From positions 32,001-96,000 of IMG/VR virus record IMGVR_UViG_3300028886_000035: a stretch of DNA of 64,000 bases, one strand, 5' to 3'. Below are positions 29,727 to 39,714 of this stretch, piece after piece. The position numbers and the translations under genes are program-made. This DNA is from a virus (taxonomy: Duplodnaviria; Caudoviricetes). Position 1 is the stretch's first letter. Every line of letters starts with the position of its first letter. The notes under the pieces are model-generated. The model ran no database searches. It worked only from the letters and a program-made list of their open reading frames with translations, and was not told the DNA's origin.

Positions 29727-31449
29727 TCTTCATCCTGCTTTCATATTCTTCTACATCAAAATTGTTTACATTAACGATACGATTCTGAAACGATTTTGGT
29801 AACATATTTTTGTTATATCTCACAGTCGTTTCAAAAGCATTATCTAAAATATAAGTTACAGACCAATCTTTATCATTTCTTGTACTACGTCCACATTCCT
29901 GAATAAGATTACGTAGCATTTTGCACGTATACCATTTTTTATTTTTCTGCATTTTACGTTTTACACGTTCATCTGCAAGAGAAATGTATGGCAATTTAAC
30001 AATAATCTGAAATCTACTCAAATCATCATGCAAATCGACTCCTGCCATCAAAGAAGGACTAACCAAAACAGTTGGTTTATCAGAAGTGACATGATATTTA
30101 AGCAACGACTCATTAGATTCTCCCACTTCACGCACAACAAACCTATCACTATCAATAGCTTCTGTCAACTGTTTAGCAATATTATACGTAGAAGTATGAA
30201 TAATTCCTTTCTCATTTGGATGCATATCCATAATACGTTTTACTTCTTCAATTACATATGGCATAGTAGTTCCAATATTTTTATAATTCATAGAGCCAAT
30301 CGGGTCATATACAATTGGAGAATTTGCAGAAGAAAATGTACCGTCACGAGTAATAAAAGCCGTTTCGTTTGGAGTAATACCCATATCTTTACAGAAACCT
30401 ACTTTATCCAAAATAGTAGCAGACATAAAAACAACTTTTCTTTCTGCCCAACCATTAATCAACTTTTGAAATAAACCATCTACGTCAATTGGTTTAATAG
30501 ATAAAGTATTTTCTTTCACAGACATAATCCAATTATCTTTATTTTCGGAAAGAAAATACCCTTGAATTTTTTCATGCAAACGAAGAAGTTCTTCTTTTTT
30601 ATTTGCAAGTTTCATCAAATCCATATCTTCCAATTCGCTTAACTCATCTGCGGTCATTGTTGCACGATTCCCTGTTTTTACACATTGAATTTGCTTATCA
30701 ATAACCATCATTTTACGCATAATAATGCTATCAACCAAATGAACCCATTCAATATTCTTTTCATCTTCTCCATCTTTTAATTTTCTATTATAAAGACAAA
30801 GTTCTTTAAATCCTAATCCATGATTCGTTTTATAACGGTCATTCATTTTTTTAGAAGAAAGAGAAAAACCTGCACAATTAAGAAGCTGGTCCTCTAACAT
30901 ATGGCATTCATCAACAATAATCGCATTTCTCTTTGCAAATTTACCATGATAGTCTCCACCAGGCTGAAATTTACGAGAAATACGCAGAAAATAAGCATAC
31001 GATGTCACATACATTTCAGAACCTTCTGCTTCTTTTTTTGCATTATAATAAGGACATTCACCTGCCAAAGTACATTGCGTATAAATTCCTTTTGTAAATT
31101 TACATTCACCATTAGAACAAGGCATACCTTCATCACGAGAACACTCATAATTTACAGAACCTTTTACTGCCTTTGCTCCCATATTACCAAAGTCTTTAAT
31201 ATATTGGTCTTGAAGCTGTTTTGTTGCAGTAAGAAGATAACAATTCCCTTCCTTTTCAGAAATTGCTTTAGCAATAGCCGATTTTCCAATCCCTGTACCA
31301 GCTTCAATAACGATATAACGATACTTATTACCAAACGCATATATTTTATCCAATGACGAAAGAATATCCTTCTGCGCCGTTCTCACAGAGTTATATGGGA
31401 AATGTTCTGAAACAGTACCACCCTGCAACGTTTTATATGTTCCTGACAT
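29716..31449 (-). CDS. DinG/Rad3-family SF2 helicase
   Basis: EAGTGIGKS, Fe-S cysteines (C...C...C...CPY), VDECH, MSAT, GVDL, QECGRSTR. Confidence 0.9.
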   Translation of the reverse strand: MSGTYKTLQGGTVSEHFPYNSVRTAQKDILSSLDKIYAFGNKYRYIVIEAGTGIGKSAIAKAISEKEGNCYLLTATKQLQDQYIKDFGNMGAKAVKGSVNYECSRDEGMPCSNGECKFTKGIYTQCTLAGECPYYNAKKEAEGSEMYVTSYAYFLRISRKFQPGGDYHGKFAKRNAIIVDECHMLEDQLLNCAGFSLSSKKMNDRYKTNHGLGFKELCLYNRKLKDGEDEKNIEWVHLVDSIIMRKMMVIDKQIQCVKTGNRATMTADELSELEDMDLMKLANKKEELLRLHEKIQGYFLSENKDNWIMSVKENTLSIKPIDVDGLFQKLINGWAERKVVFMSATILDKVGFCKDMGITPNETAFITRDGTFSSANSPIVYDPIGSMNYKNIGTTMPYVIEEVKRIMDMHPNEKGIIHTSTYNIAKQLTEAIDSDRFVVREVGESNESLLKYHVTSDKPTVLVSPSLMAGVDLHDDLSRFQIIVKLPYISLADERVKRKMQKNKKWYTCKMLRNLIQECGRSTRNDKDWSVTYILDNAFETTVRYNKNMLPKSFQNRIVNVNNFDVEEYESRMKNAR

Positions 31450-31495
31450 AATATGAACCTCTTTCTTTTATCTCTACACGATTTTCTATACTCTT

Positions 31496-31523
31496 ATTAT
31501 ATCATTTACATAAATTTTGTCAA
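31496..31523 (-). promoter_or_regulatory. Consensus sigma-A/sigma-70 promoter upstream of the helicase
   Basis: TTGACA-16nt-TATAAT with extended TG. Confidence 0.8.
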
Positions 31524-31540
31524 CACTTTTTTTAAATTTT

Positions 31541-32344
31541 TTAATATCCATATTTCTGTCTCAAAATATTTTCCACATTTTTATTTACATAAATTGTTCT
31601 AATTTCTTTTTCGTCCATTGTTAAAACACACAAATTAATAAATTCATGAAATACTACTGCATAAGCATCATATAATTTTTCATAATTAATAGTATCACTA
31701 GGTTTTTTCCAATGTTTCCATGAAATTTGCTGACGAACTAACGCACAAGCATCAGACAAACGGCAACTAGCCTTTAAAACAGTAATATCATGTGTTCTAT
31801 CAACAAATGAATTTAAATATTTTGGTAATGTAATAGATTGTCTATCATACGCTTCTTCAAACAAATCTACATTACTATATGTCCACCCAACATTATACAT
31901 ATCATTATAATGTTTCTTAATAATATTTTTATCTGCATTACCAACAATAAATAATTCCATCATAAAATGAAGAATATCAATTACTTCTTTCTTTAATTCT
32001 AAATTTTTATCTACTTCAGAATCATATTTAGGTGTTTCTCCATATAAATCCAAATGTTCTCTTACTTCTCTTATTTCATCTTCAATACAAACTAAATATT
32101 GGTCTATCCATTTATCAATTTCTTGTTTTGTTAAACCTTCCATTTTTCTCATTCTACTAGCAAATGATTTTTGCATAGAATAAATTAATTCAAAATCAGG
32201 TAAATTAACATCAAAATGATTATCTAACATTACCTGTTGAAAAATTTCAGGATTTTTAGCATCTACATATGCTTTATACTTTGCACAATCACATTTTAAA
32301 TTGGCACATTGTATTTCTAAATAAGGACATTTGTTATTCATCAA
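31541..32344 (-). CDS. All-alpha dNTP pyrophosphatase (dUTPase_2 / T4 dCTPase-like) with internal duplication
   Basis: EDEIRE, KKEVIDILHF, SWKHWK, YVNKNVENILRQKYGY. Confidence 0.75.
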   Translation of the reverse strand: MMNNKCPYLEIQCANLKCDCAKYKAYVDAKNPEIFQQVMLDNHFDVNLPDFELIYSMQKSFASRMRKMEGLTKQEIDKWIDQYLVCIEDEIREVREHLDLYGETPKYDSEVDKNLELKKEVIDILHFMMELFIVGNADKNIIKKHYNDMYNVGWTYSNVDLFEEAYDRQSITLPKYLNSFVDRTHDITVLKASCRLSDACALVRQQISWKHWKKPSDTINYEKLYDAYAVVFHEFINLCVLTMDEKEIRTIYVNKNVENILRQKYGY

Positions 32345-32403
32345 TAAACCTTCTTCTTATAAAAAAATTAAAGGGAATATAAAAATTCCCTTAGAATTCA
32401 ATT

Positions 32404-32739
32404 TTACTTTTTTTCTTCTCTGTTCATAGGAGCGGGTGATTGAGCGTTTCTTAACATTTGACCCAATTTATTATTTCCACCTACTACACTATTAACTGCA
32501 TTAATACCTGCTACTGCAAAAATTAATGTTTCAACTATATCTGCCCATACTTGACTTAAAGCACCTGTGGATAAATACATATATCCACCAAATATCAATG
32601 ATACTACAAATCCTATCATTAATACTGATACTCTAGTTTCATCAACGGACATTATATTATGAAAGAAATTTGATACCTTTGAACGTTGTTGCGGTTGTTG
32701 TTCAATAGTTTGTATATCTTGTTCCATTTTTTCTGTCAC
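32404..32739 (-). CDS. Two-TM membrane protein, holin-like
   Basis: Hydrophobic segments VSVLMIGFVVSLIFGGYMYL and IVETLIFAVAGINAV. Confidence 0.5.
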   Translation of the reverse strand: MTEKMEQDIQTIEQQPQQRSKVSNFFHNIMSVDETRVSVLMIGFVVSLIFGGYMYLSTGALSQVWADIVETLIFAVAGINAVNSVVGGNNKLGQMLRNAQSPAPMNREEKK

Positions 32740-32786
32740 CTCTTACAAGAATGACATATTATAAAAAACAAGATTTTATCTTTGTC

Positions 32787-33680
32787 TTACGATGGTAAAT
32801 CTTTTCCATCTGTAATATATGCCTGACAAGAAATATTTTCACAATCTTGACAAGTTTGACAACTACATTGTGATTGACACGTTACTTGTTGGCAACAATT
32901 ATTATACATATTGTGGTTTTGACAAATTTGACATGATTGACATTTACATTGAGTTTCACAGGTTTGGCACACTTGACATGGTAACACAGATTGACAGGTT
33001 TGGCAAGCGGTATTTCTTTGACATAAAACTAATTGACAAGTTGTTACCTGACAAGATACTTTTTCGCAGGTTAAAATTGAATAATCACCATTTATTTTTT
33101 GACACGCTTTCCAACTTTTAGTAGAAACACTTATTTTATAATCCCTATCCTTAATATATTGATACACATACGCTTGTATACCATCAGATGGCTTACCTGT
33201 AAATGGGTCATAAGGATATTTAAGCAATTCATAATTCACTTCATATTCATAATTATTGTATTTCGGAGGAAAATTCGTTGGAAGTCTTGCATTACTTGGT
33301 ATTTTTTTAAAATTTTTAAATGCTTTTTTCTTATCTGGGGGGTCATACATATCACGTTTTATATTTAATCCATAATAATTGTTTTCCCATTTGTCATAAT
33401 GAGTTTTGTCATAATATAATTTGTTATCATCATATTCGTCTACGAATTTTTGTTGGCAACGTATTGTTTGACATTCTACTATAGGTGTACAATTACAATT
33501 TTGTACATGTTTTTTATATTCCTCTAATCTTGTTAAAGCATTTGATATATCTATCAAATCTTGACGTTTCATTGTCTTATTTTCTTTTGTTTCTCCACTT
33601 ATATCTCTAAATTTTGTTGGAGTAATAATACCATTAGGAGTATTTGTTATTTCACATTTAAATTTTAAATCATCACTCAT
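32787..33680 (-). CDS. Protein with a CQx-repeat Cys-rich C-terminus; candidate rSAM/SPASM substrate
   Basis: 22 Cys in the last ~105 aa, 16 as CQ; probable ATG at 33680 overlaps the rSAM stop. Confidence 0.7.
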   Translation of the reverse strand: MSDDLKFKCEITNTPNGIITPTKFRDISGETKENKTMKRQDLIDISNALTRLEEYKKHVQNCNCTPIVECQTIRCQQKFVDEYDDNKLYYDKTHYDKWENNYYGLNIKRDMYDPPDKKKAFKNFKKIPSNARLPTNFPPKYNNYEYEVNYELLKYPYDPFTGKPSDGIQAYVYQYIKDRDYKISVSTKSWKACQKINGDYSILTCEKVSCQVTTCQLVLCQRNTACQTCQSVLPCQVCQTCETQCKCQSCQICQNHNMYNNCCQQVTCQSQCSCQTCQDCENISCQAYITDGKDLPS

Positions 33681-34761
33681 ATACTGCACCACCCAATATT
33701 TTAATTAACTGCATAATCGGATAGTTCATCTGATATGACATTTTACAATAATATTCTCCCCTAGCTTTATCATTTACTAACGGACAACCATTTCTACAAA
33801 TAATCTGTACAAGACATTCGTTACATTTTTTTGATGTATCTTTTGTTTTATCTAAATCAAATACGTTTTTCATTATATCAAAATAGTTATCTCTAATATA
33901 TCCAATTTTTGTATCTGTATTGTGACATTTATATAAATTACCTTGTAAATCCATATTTAATACTTCGCAACCATTCCCACATCTATCTCTATTTGGTACA
34001 AATGATTTCTGATTAATGGCATTACGAATATAACCAATTTTTTCTTCAATAAATTTTTTACGAATAACACTAATCGGTTTATTTTCTTGAAAATGTAATC
34101 TATATTCTTCACATAATTGCGTCATTTGTTCTTGTACTTTATCATAATCAAATTGTTTTAAATCCTGATTTTGCATATTAACATCTAATAGTTCATCAAC
34201 ATTAAAATACAATGTATGACCATGATAATTTTCTACATAATCTCGATTAACTTCTTCACAATCTTCTAAATAATCAAGAATATAATTATATGTACTTAAT
34301 ACACCCGAAAATGAAAAATTATTTAATTTAAAAATATTTTCTTTATTTTCTTTTACCACATCATATCCACGAGTAATTTCACTATTTCTCCCATCCCAAC
34401 TAATTGTTACATGAGAAAAATTTTTATTTAAATATTCAACTTTTTCCTCGTCTAACAATTTACCATTTGTTATCATGGTGAAATATACATTATTTGGCAT
34501 ATTATGTTCTTTTAATCCATTAATAAATTCTTTTATTTTTTCAAAAAATACAAGTGGTTCTCCACCATAAAATTGCAATCCCAAATTTTCATTCTGATTG
34601 CGTGCTATATCATTGATAAAATTATATATATCAGGATTAATATCTTTCCCTAATGCAACATTTACCACGTCATGTTGTAAACAATACTTACAATTCATAT
34701 TACATTCATGACCTAACATAATAAAAATTGTAGATATATTTGTTTGTAAATAATTACGCAT
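33673..34761 (-). CDS. Radical SAM/SPASM-domain protein
   Basis: CNMNCKYC, YGGEP, ITNG; CGNG...YKCH...CNECLVQIICRNGC. Confidence 0.9.
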   Translation of the reverse strand: MRNYLQTNISTIFIMLGHECNMNCKYCLQHDVVNVALGKDINPDIYNFINDIARNQNENLGLQFYGGEPLVFFEKIKEFINGLKEHNMPNNVYFTMITNGKLLDEEKVEYLNKNFSHVTISWDGRNSEITRGYDVVKENKENIFKLNNFSFSGVLSTYNYILDYLEDCEEVNRDYVENYHGHTLYFNVDELLDVNMQNQDLKQFDYDKVQEQMTQLCEEYRLHFQENKPISVIRKKFIEEKIGYIRNAINQKSFVPNRDRCGNGCEVLNMDLQGNLYKCHNTDTKIGYIRDNYFDIMKNVFDLDKTKDTSKKCNECLVQIICRNGCPLVNDKARGEYYCKMSYQMNYPIMQLIKILGGAVYE

Positions 34762-34803
34762 ACATTACTATCCTTTCATAATTGTATATTATATATATTA
34801 TAT

Positions 34804-34841
34804 AAAAAAAGAGAAGTGTTTTTTAACTTCTCTTTTTTTTT
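34804..34841 (-). terminator. Rho-independent terminator
   Basis: AAAAAAAGAGAAGT...ACTTCTCTTTTTTT. Confidence 0.7.
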
Positions 34842-34845
34842 AACA

Positions 34846-35439
34846 TTATTTAAATAAATCTTTTGATACTTCATACATAGTGTCTCGTGAATGTAAGGCA
34901 TCTTGATAATCTTCTTCAACTAGCTTATCCCATTCTTCATCTGTATACTTTACAGAACCATCGTCATGTTGAGAATCATATTCGCTAACAGATTGATATA
35001 AATCATCCATAATTTTATCCACTTTTTCAATCATATAATCTATATCATCTTCTAAATAACTCAAACATTTATCATCATGTTTAATACCATTAATCAAATA
35101 TTTAATTACTTCTTCAGAAGCATTAATATCATCACCCGTTCCTAATACTTCAGGTAAGCCAACTTGTTCAATAGCATCTTTTACATAACCATAATTTTCA
35201 CTATTAGAAAGAAGAAAATCAACAAATCCATTAGCAGTTGCTTCATCATGAAAATTATCTAATCCATCAAATGTCATAAACCAATCCTGTAAAGCACTAT
35301 TTGCACGCCATGTATCATCAATGTAATCCATCAATTCATCTTCTGTCCAATCTTTATCAGACAAAACTTGTTTTAACTGTTCAACAGTATTAATTGATTT
35401 AAATTCTTCTGCTACTTTTTTAAGCATTATATATATCAC
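34846..35439 (-). CDS. Acidic hypothetical protein with N-terminal LKKVA motif
   Basis: D/E-rich; sits between two paralogous rSAMs; probable start MLKKVA. Confidence 0.65.
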   Translation of the reverse strand: MIYIMLKKVAEEFKSINTVEQLKQVLSDKDWTEDELMDYIDDTWRANSALQDWFMTFDGLDNFHDEATANGFVDFLLSNSENYGYVKDAIEQVGLPEVLGTGDDINASEEVIKYLINGIKHDDKCLSYLEDDIDYMIEKVDKIMDDLYQSVSEYDSQHDDGSVKYTDEEWDKLVEEDYQDALHSRDTMYEVSKDLFK

Positions 35440-35441
35440 CT

Positions 35442-36554
35442 TTATCCTTTAAAATTCAACATAAATTCATATTCTTCTTTTTGTTTTTCATTTTTTATTA
35501 TATCTAATTCGTATTTTAATTTTAAAATCGGATAATATCTTAATGTAGCCATTCTACAATAAAATTCATCACGAGAAGTTTGTGGTATCTTTGGACAAGC
35601 ATTTCTACAAAGAGACTGTACAGGACAATCATTACAACCATTTAAACCGTGTTCAATCGTTTTATCATGGTCATTAATATTTTTCAATACATCAAAATAA
35701 TTATCATGTATTGTTCCCATCACTTCGGAATCGCCGTGACAACAGTAAAGATTCCCTTGTAAATCTAAATTGATATTTTCTCCACCGTTTCCACAAAATA
35801 ATCTAGTCGGTGTTTTATCACAACCACAATTACAATCTTCTATAAATTTAATATACATTGGATTACTTATAATTTTATCATTTTTGATACAATATAAATA
35901 TTCTTCACAAATTTCTTCCATTTGCTGATAAAATTTATTTTCATCAAACTTCTTTAATTGTGGATTTGGCAATTCTGTATCGTACTGCATTAAATTTTCT
36001 ATATGTACAGATATTTCATGACCAAATTCTTTTTGTACTTCATAACAATCATCTAAATAGTCTTTTGGGTAACAATAAGAAGAAAATACTCCGTCAAAAC
36101 CCCAAAACCCTTCTTTATCTAATTTAAATAAATTTTCTTTATTTTGCGCTATAACATCATAACTACGAGTTATTTTACTGTTTCTCCCATCCCACGATAA
36201 ACCAAATCCTTTTAAATTTTCTTTTATCCACGGAATCGTTTTATCGTTTAATAGCTTACCATTTGTTACCATACTAAAAGTAATATTTTCATTTCCTTCT
36301 TTAGATTTTACCATATCTACTACTTTTTGCATAGTATCAAAATATACTAAAGGTTCTCCACCCCAAAATAATATATTAATCGGATGAATATTATTAGCTA
36401 TATCCAATAACCAATCTATTATCATAGGGTCAATTTCTTTCGCCATAGCATGATTTACTACATCATGTTCAATACAATATCTACAACTTAAATTGCATTT
36501 AAAGCCCATCATTAAATACACTTGATGTATTGGCAAATTTAATACATTTAGCAT
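35442..36554 (-). CDS. Radical SAM/SPASM-domain protein, paralog of 33673
   Basis: CNLSCRYC, WGGEP, SWDGRNS, CGNG, DLQGNLY, CNDCPVQSLCRNAC. Confidence 0.9.
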   Translation of the reverse strand: MLNVLNLPIHQVYLMMGFKCNLSCRYCIEHDVVNHAMAKEIDPMIIDWLLDIANNIHPINILFWGGEPLVYFDTMQKVVDMVKSKEGNENITFSMVTNGKLLNDKTIPWIKENLKGFGLSWDGRNSKITRSYDVIAQNKENLFKLDKEGFWGFDGVFSSYCYPKDYLDDCYEVQKEFGHEISVHIENLMQYDTELPNPQLKKFDENKFYQQMEEICEEYLYCIKNDKIISNPMYIKFIEDCNCGCDKTPTRLFCGNGGENINLDLQGNLYCCHGDSEVMGTIHDNYFDVLKNINDHDKTIEHGLNGCNDCPVQSLCRNACPKIPQTSRDEFYCRMATLRYYPILKLKYELDIIKNEKQKEEYEFMLNFKG

Positions 36555-36558
36555 AACC

Positions 36559-37788
36559 TCAATCCTTTATTCCTTGTAATATCATACCTGTATTTGTCCA
36601 ATCTGCTTTATCAATTGCTTCTTTTACAGTCATAACATGAAGATGTATTCTTTCCGTATCTTCAATAACACCATGTACTTGATTATCATTTTTAACTTTA
36701 TTTATTTCTTCTTCTGATAATTCAACTGTGAACAAAGCTATCTTATGAGAACATAATGTAGCAGCAGACTGTTTCATATCTAATTGTTTAAATCTATTTT
36801 TATTTAATTTTAATCCAGTTTCTTCTTCTAATTCTTTTGAAGCGGTTAACAACATATCATCTAATGGATTTAGTGAACTTCCACCAGGCAACTCATATAC
36901 CATTTCCGTTTCATTATTAATTGGTGTTCTAAATTCTTCACATAAAACAATTTCCGTATCGAGCAAATTATCTTTTTTACAATAAGCTAAGATATAACTC
37001 ATATCTGTTCGTGCAACAACAAATTCATTATCTTTAACCCTATCTTCTTTTGCAATATATACAGAAGGATGAAAAATCTCTAAAAACATTTGTTTTGCTT
37101 TTGGCATAACAAATTCATATTCCATATTAAAATCAGTTAAATAATTTCCAACATTTAACTGTTGTTTATACCAATTTTGAAACTGCTTTGTTTTATATAT
37201 ATGCATTGGTATTTTAACTTCCGTATCTTCACGATAAACACCTTGCCCTAAATATTCTACTGTAGCTTTTAATGTATCCTTTAATGTATTATGCCACTCA
37301 TACTTATCTCTTGAAATTAATTTCAAATATTCCATTCTTGGTGCTTCATCAGGACAACCACAAAACAGTTTGTTTGAATTTAAAAATCGACCAAATTCTA
37401 CATTTGTTGTTAAGCCAATCATTTCAAAATCCGAACGCATTTCTCTAGGAATCCAAAATACAATAGCATCACAAGCGCACATACAACTATATTCCCAATC
37501 TAATTGAGCTTTTAACGTAAATGTACGCTTCATTTCTTCACCTTTGATATTGTTATCATCATAAGGTACTTTTGCTCTATCTTCAGGAATATATACAACA
37601 CCATTATATCCCATTTCTTCTAAAATTTGTAATGCTTCTTTTTTCCACGATAATTCATATTCCTTTCGTGGAACTGGTCCAGCTAAGAACATGGACTTTG
37701 TTTCATCTTTTGGCATATCTTCTCGTGAATATACAACTGTCATTTTATTCATTCCTAAACGTTTCATTAAATCTTTCCTTTCATACAC
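36559..37788 (-). CDS. Nucleoside 2-deoxyribosyltransferase-like domain fused to a Nudix hydrolase
   Basis: FLAGP, DWE, VFWIPR, TTNVEFG (NDT-like); ELPGG...ASKELEEETGL (Nudix box). Confidence 0.8.
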   Translation of the reverse strand: MYERKDLMKRLGMNKMTVVYSREDMPKDETKSMFLAGPVPRKEYELSWKKEALQILEEMGYNGVVYIPEDRAKVPYDDNNIKGEEMKRTFTLKAQLDWEYSCMCACDAIVFWIPREMRSDFEMIGLTTNVEFGRFLNSNKLFCGCPDEAPRMEYLKLISRDKYEWHNTLKDTLKATVEYLGQGVYREDTEVKIPMHIYKTKQFQNWYKQQLNVGNYLTDFNMEYEFVMPKAKQMFLEIFHPSVYIAKEDRVKDNEFVVARTDMSYILAYCKKDNLLDTEIVLCEEFRTPINNETEMVYELPGGSSLNPLDDMLLTASKELEEETGLKLNKNRFKQLDMKQSAATLCSHKIALFTVELSEEEINKVKNDNQVHGVIEDTERIHLHVMTVKEAIDKADWTNTGMILQGIKD

Positions 37789-38572
37789 TTTTTAATTTAG
37801 CAAGTCGCGTAACTTGTTTATCATGGCAATCATAATAATATACTTTATTTACATTTGTCTGTGATTTTATTGCATCTGCTACTTCTTCTCGTGTACAATT
37901 TGATAAATTATCATCTATAAATGCCATATTCATAGCTATATGTCCAAAAGCAAATACATCAGAACCTACATCTTTTTCCATTGTATCATTATCTATACGT
38001 TGTATATCTTTATCATTATCATATCCTTGTTTTAAAAATACACGTTTGATTAATTGCGTATGTGTTTCAAAATTTTTTCCTATATATATTTTACCATCTA
38101 CATATACAAATGGATTTTCACGATTATTATAATCCAATTTATACGTTAAAAATGTACTATCTCCTACATTGTCTTTCTTATTTTTTAAGTCCTCCATATA
38201 TTCTATTGTATCAGGATAATATTTGTCTTTATATTTTAAATAATTTTGATAATATCCTTTTCTATCTGATAATTCCGTTAATATATCTTCAGGTAAATTT
38301 TCAGATACTTCAAAATCCTCTATATATACTCCTATATTTTCTTCACAAGTAAATAAAAAATCTGTATCTTCTATCAAATTATACACATATAAATCTATAT
38401 CTGCATCTTCATTATTTTCATCTTTTTTACTAAAATAATTTTTCAAATATTCTTCACTAAAATATTTTGATATATCTGAATCTTTGTCTATTCCTTCTAA
38501 ACATTTATCAAAATTATTCCCTAACAAATCTTTTAATTCATATATATCATCTATATATATTTCTTCATCCAT
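37781..38572 (-). CDS. Acidic tandem-paralog family member 1
   Basis: Probable start MDEEIY at 38572; LDYNNR-FVYVDG-ETH-AFGHI-MAFI-KVYY-RLAK. Confidence 0.75.
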   Translation of the reverse strand: MDEEIYIDDIYELKDLLGNNFDKCLEGIDKDSDISKYFSEEYLKNYFSKKDENNEDADIDLYVYNLIEDTDFLFTCEENIGVYIEDFEVSENLPEDILTELSDRKGYYQNYLKYKDKYYPDTIEYMEDLKNKKDNVGDSTFLTYKLDYNNRENPFVYVDGKIYIGKNFETHTQLIKRVFLKQGYDNDKDIQRIDNDTMEKDVGSDVFAFGHIAMNMAFIDDNLSNCTREEVADAIKSQTNVNKVYYYDCHDKQVTRLAKLKSV

Positions 38573-38612
38573 ATTTTCACAACCCTGTATATTATCTATA
38601 AAAAAAATAAAT

Positions 38613-38641
38613 AAAGACAAGTTTTTTACAACTTGTCTTTT
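38613..38641 (-). terminator. Rho-independent terminator
   Basis: AAAGACAAGTT...AACTTGTCTTT. Confidence 0.7.
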
Positions 38642-38645
38642 CATT

Positions 38646-39575
38646 TTATTTTGTATAGCATCTGAATTTAGCAAGGCGTTGAACCAAATAATTATTCGTA
38701 TCATAAAAATATGCTTTGTCTACGCCCAATTGTTTAATACAAGCCTTTGCTACATCATCTTCACTTGCACCTGATTCAAGTACTTCAATAAATGCCATAT
38801 TATCAACAATATGTCCAAATGCAATATCTTTTGTACCTGTTAAACGTTCCATTCTTGCTTGGCTAGGTCTACTTCCTCCAATATCACCATCACCTTCAAA
38901 ATCTTTTGGAATCCTATCTCCTTTTCCTACATCTTCCAAATATTTTTCTAAAATTTGTGCATGGGTTTCTCCCTTATCACCTTTGATACAATCACCTGCT
39001 ATATAAATGAACGCTGCGTCTCTTGTATCATAATCTAAATTTTCTGTAGATTCTACTTCTATTGTATCACCAATATTGTCATCTAATTCATTTAAATCAG
39101 ACCACTCATCTACACTTGCAGATTTTTCATCATAATCTAATTCTAGTGTTTCGTCTTGATTTTCTTCCCCAAATCCATACGAACGTTCATTATCTTCCAT
39201 ATACATATCTTTTGCTCTATCAAATTCTTCTTCAAAATCTGTATCACTAGGAATATCATCTGCTATTTCCGATACACAATTATCCGTTATGGATAATTCA
39301 TCTTCTGAATTATAATCACCTAACCATGAATTGTATTCGCTTACTAATACATCAGAATTAATGATACCATCTAAATATTCTTCTGAATTAATGTTTTTTA
39401 CTCCCTCATATGCCGTTTGATTCATATCACAATCGAAATCAGCCGTTGGGAATAATTCTGCAAGTGTATCATATATTCCATCTTCTGTAATACTATAAGC
39501 AGAATTAATAAAATCTTTATAATCAGAATCTAAATAATCTTTTAAATCATTTGCATTATCAAAAACTATTTCCAT
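38646..39575 (-). CDS. Acidic tandem-paralog family member 2
   Basis: LDYDTR-FIYIAG-ETH-AFGHIVDNMAFI-RLAK. Confidence 0.8.
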   Translation of the reverse strand: MEIVFDNANDLKDYLDSDYKDFINSAYSITEDGIYDTLAELFPTADFDCDMNQTAYEGVKNINSEEYLDGIINSDVLVSEYNSWLGDYNSEDELSITDNCVSEIADDIPSDTDFEEEFDRAKDMYMEDNERSYGFGEENQDETLELDYDEKSASVDEWSDLNELDDNIGDTIEVESTENLDYDTRDAAFIYIAGDCIKGDKGETHAQILEKYLEDVGKGDRIPKDFEGDGDIGGSRPSQARMERLTGTKDIAFGHIVDNMAFIEVLESGASEDDVAKACIKQLGVDKAYFYDTNNYLVQRLAKFRCYTK

Positions 39576-39682
39576 TATACATCCATCCTTATTATCTTTG
39601 CTAATCTTTTTACTACATCTGTTTTAGAATTTCTACTTACCATATATACTTTGTCTACTTTTAATTGCTTCTTACAAACATT
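39575..39682 (-). pseudogene. C-terminal remnant of a further paralog
   Basis: Own translation NVCKKQLKVDKVYMVSRNSKTDVVKRLAKIIRMDV*; no start codon. Confidence 0.7.
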
Positions 39683-39714
39683 CTACTATTCCTTTTCTTA
39701 AAATATTATCTTTT

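Noticed and set aside
32787-33104. Recurring TTGACA hexamers as promoters or DNA repeats
   Set aside because: They are the reverse complement of TGT CAA (Cys-Gln) codons
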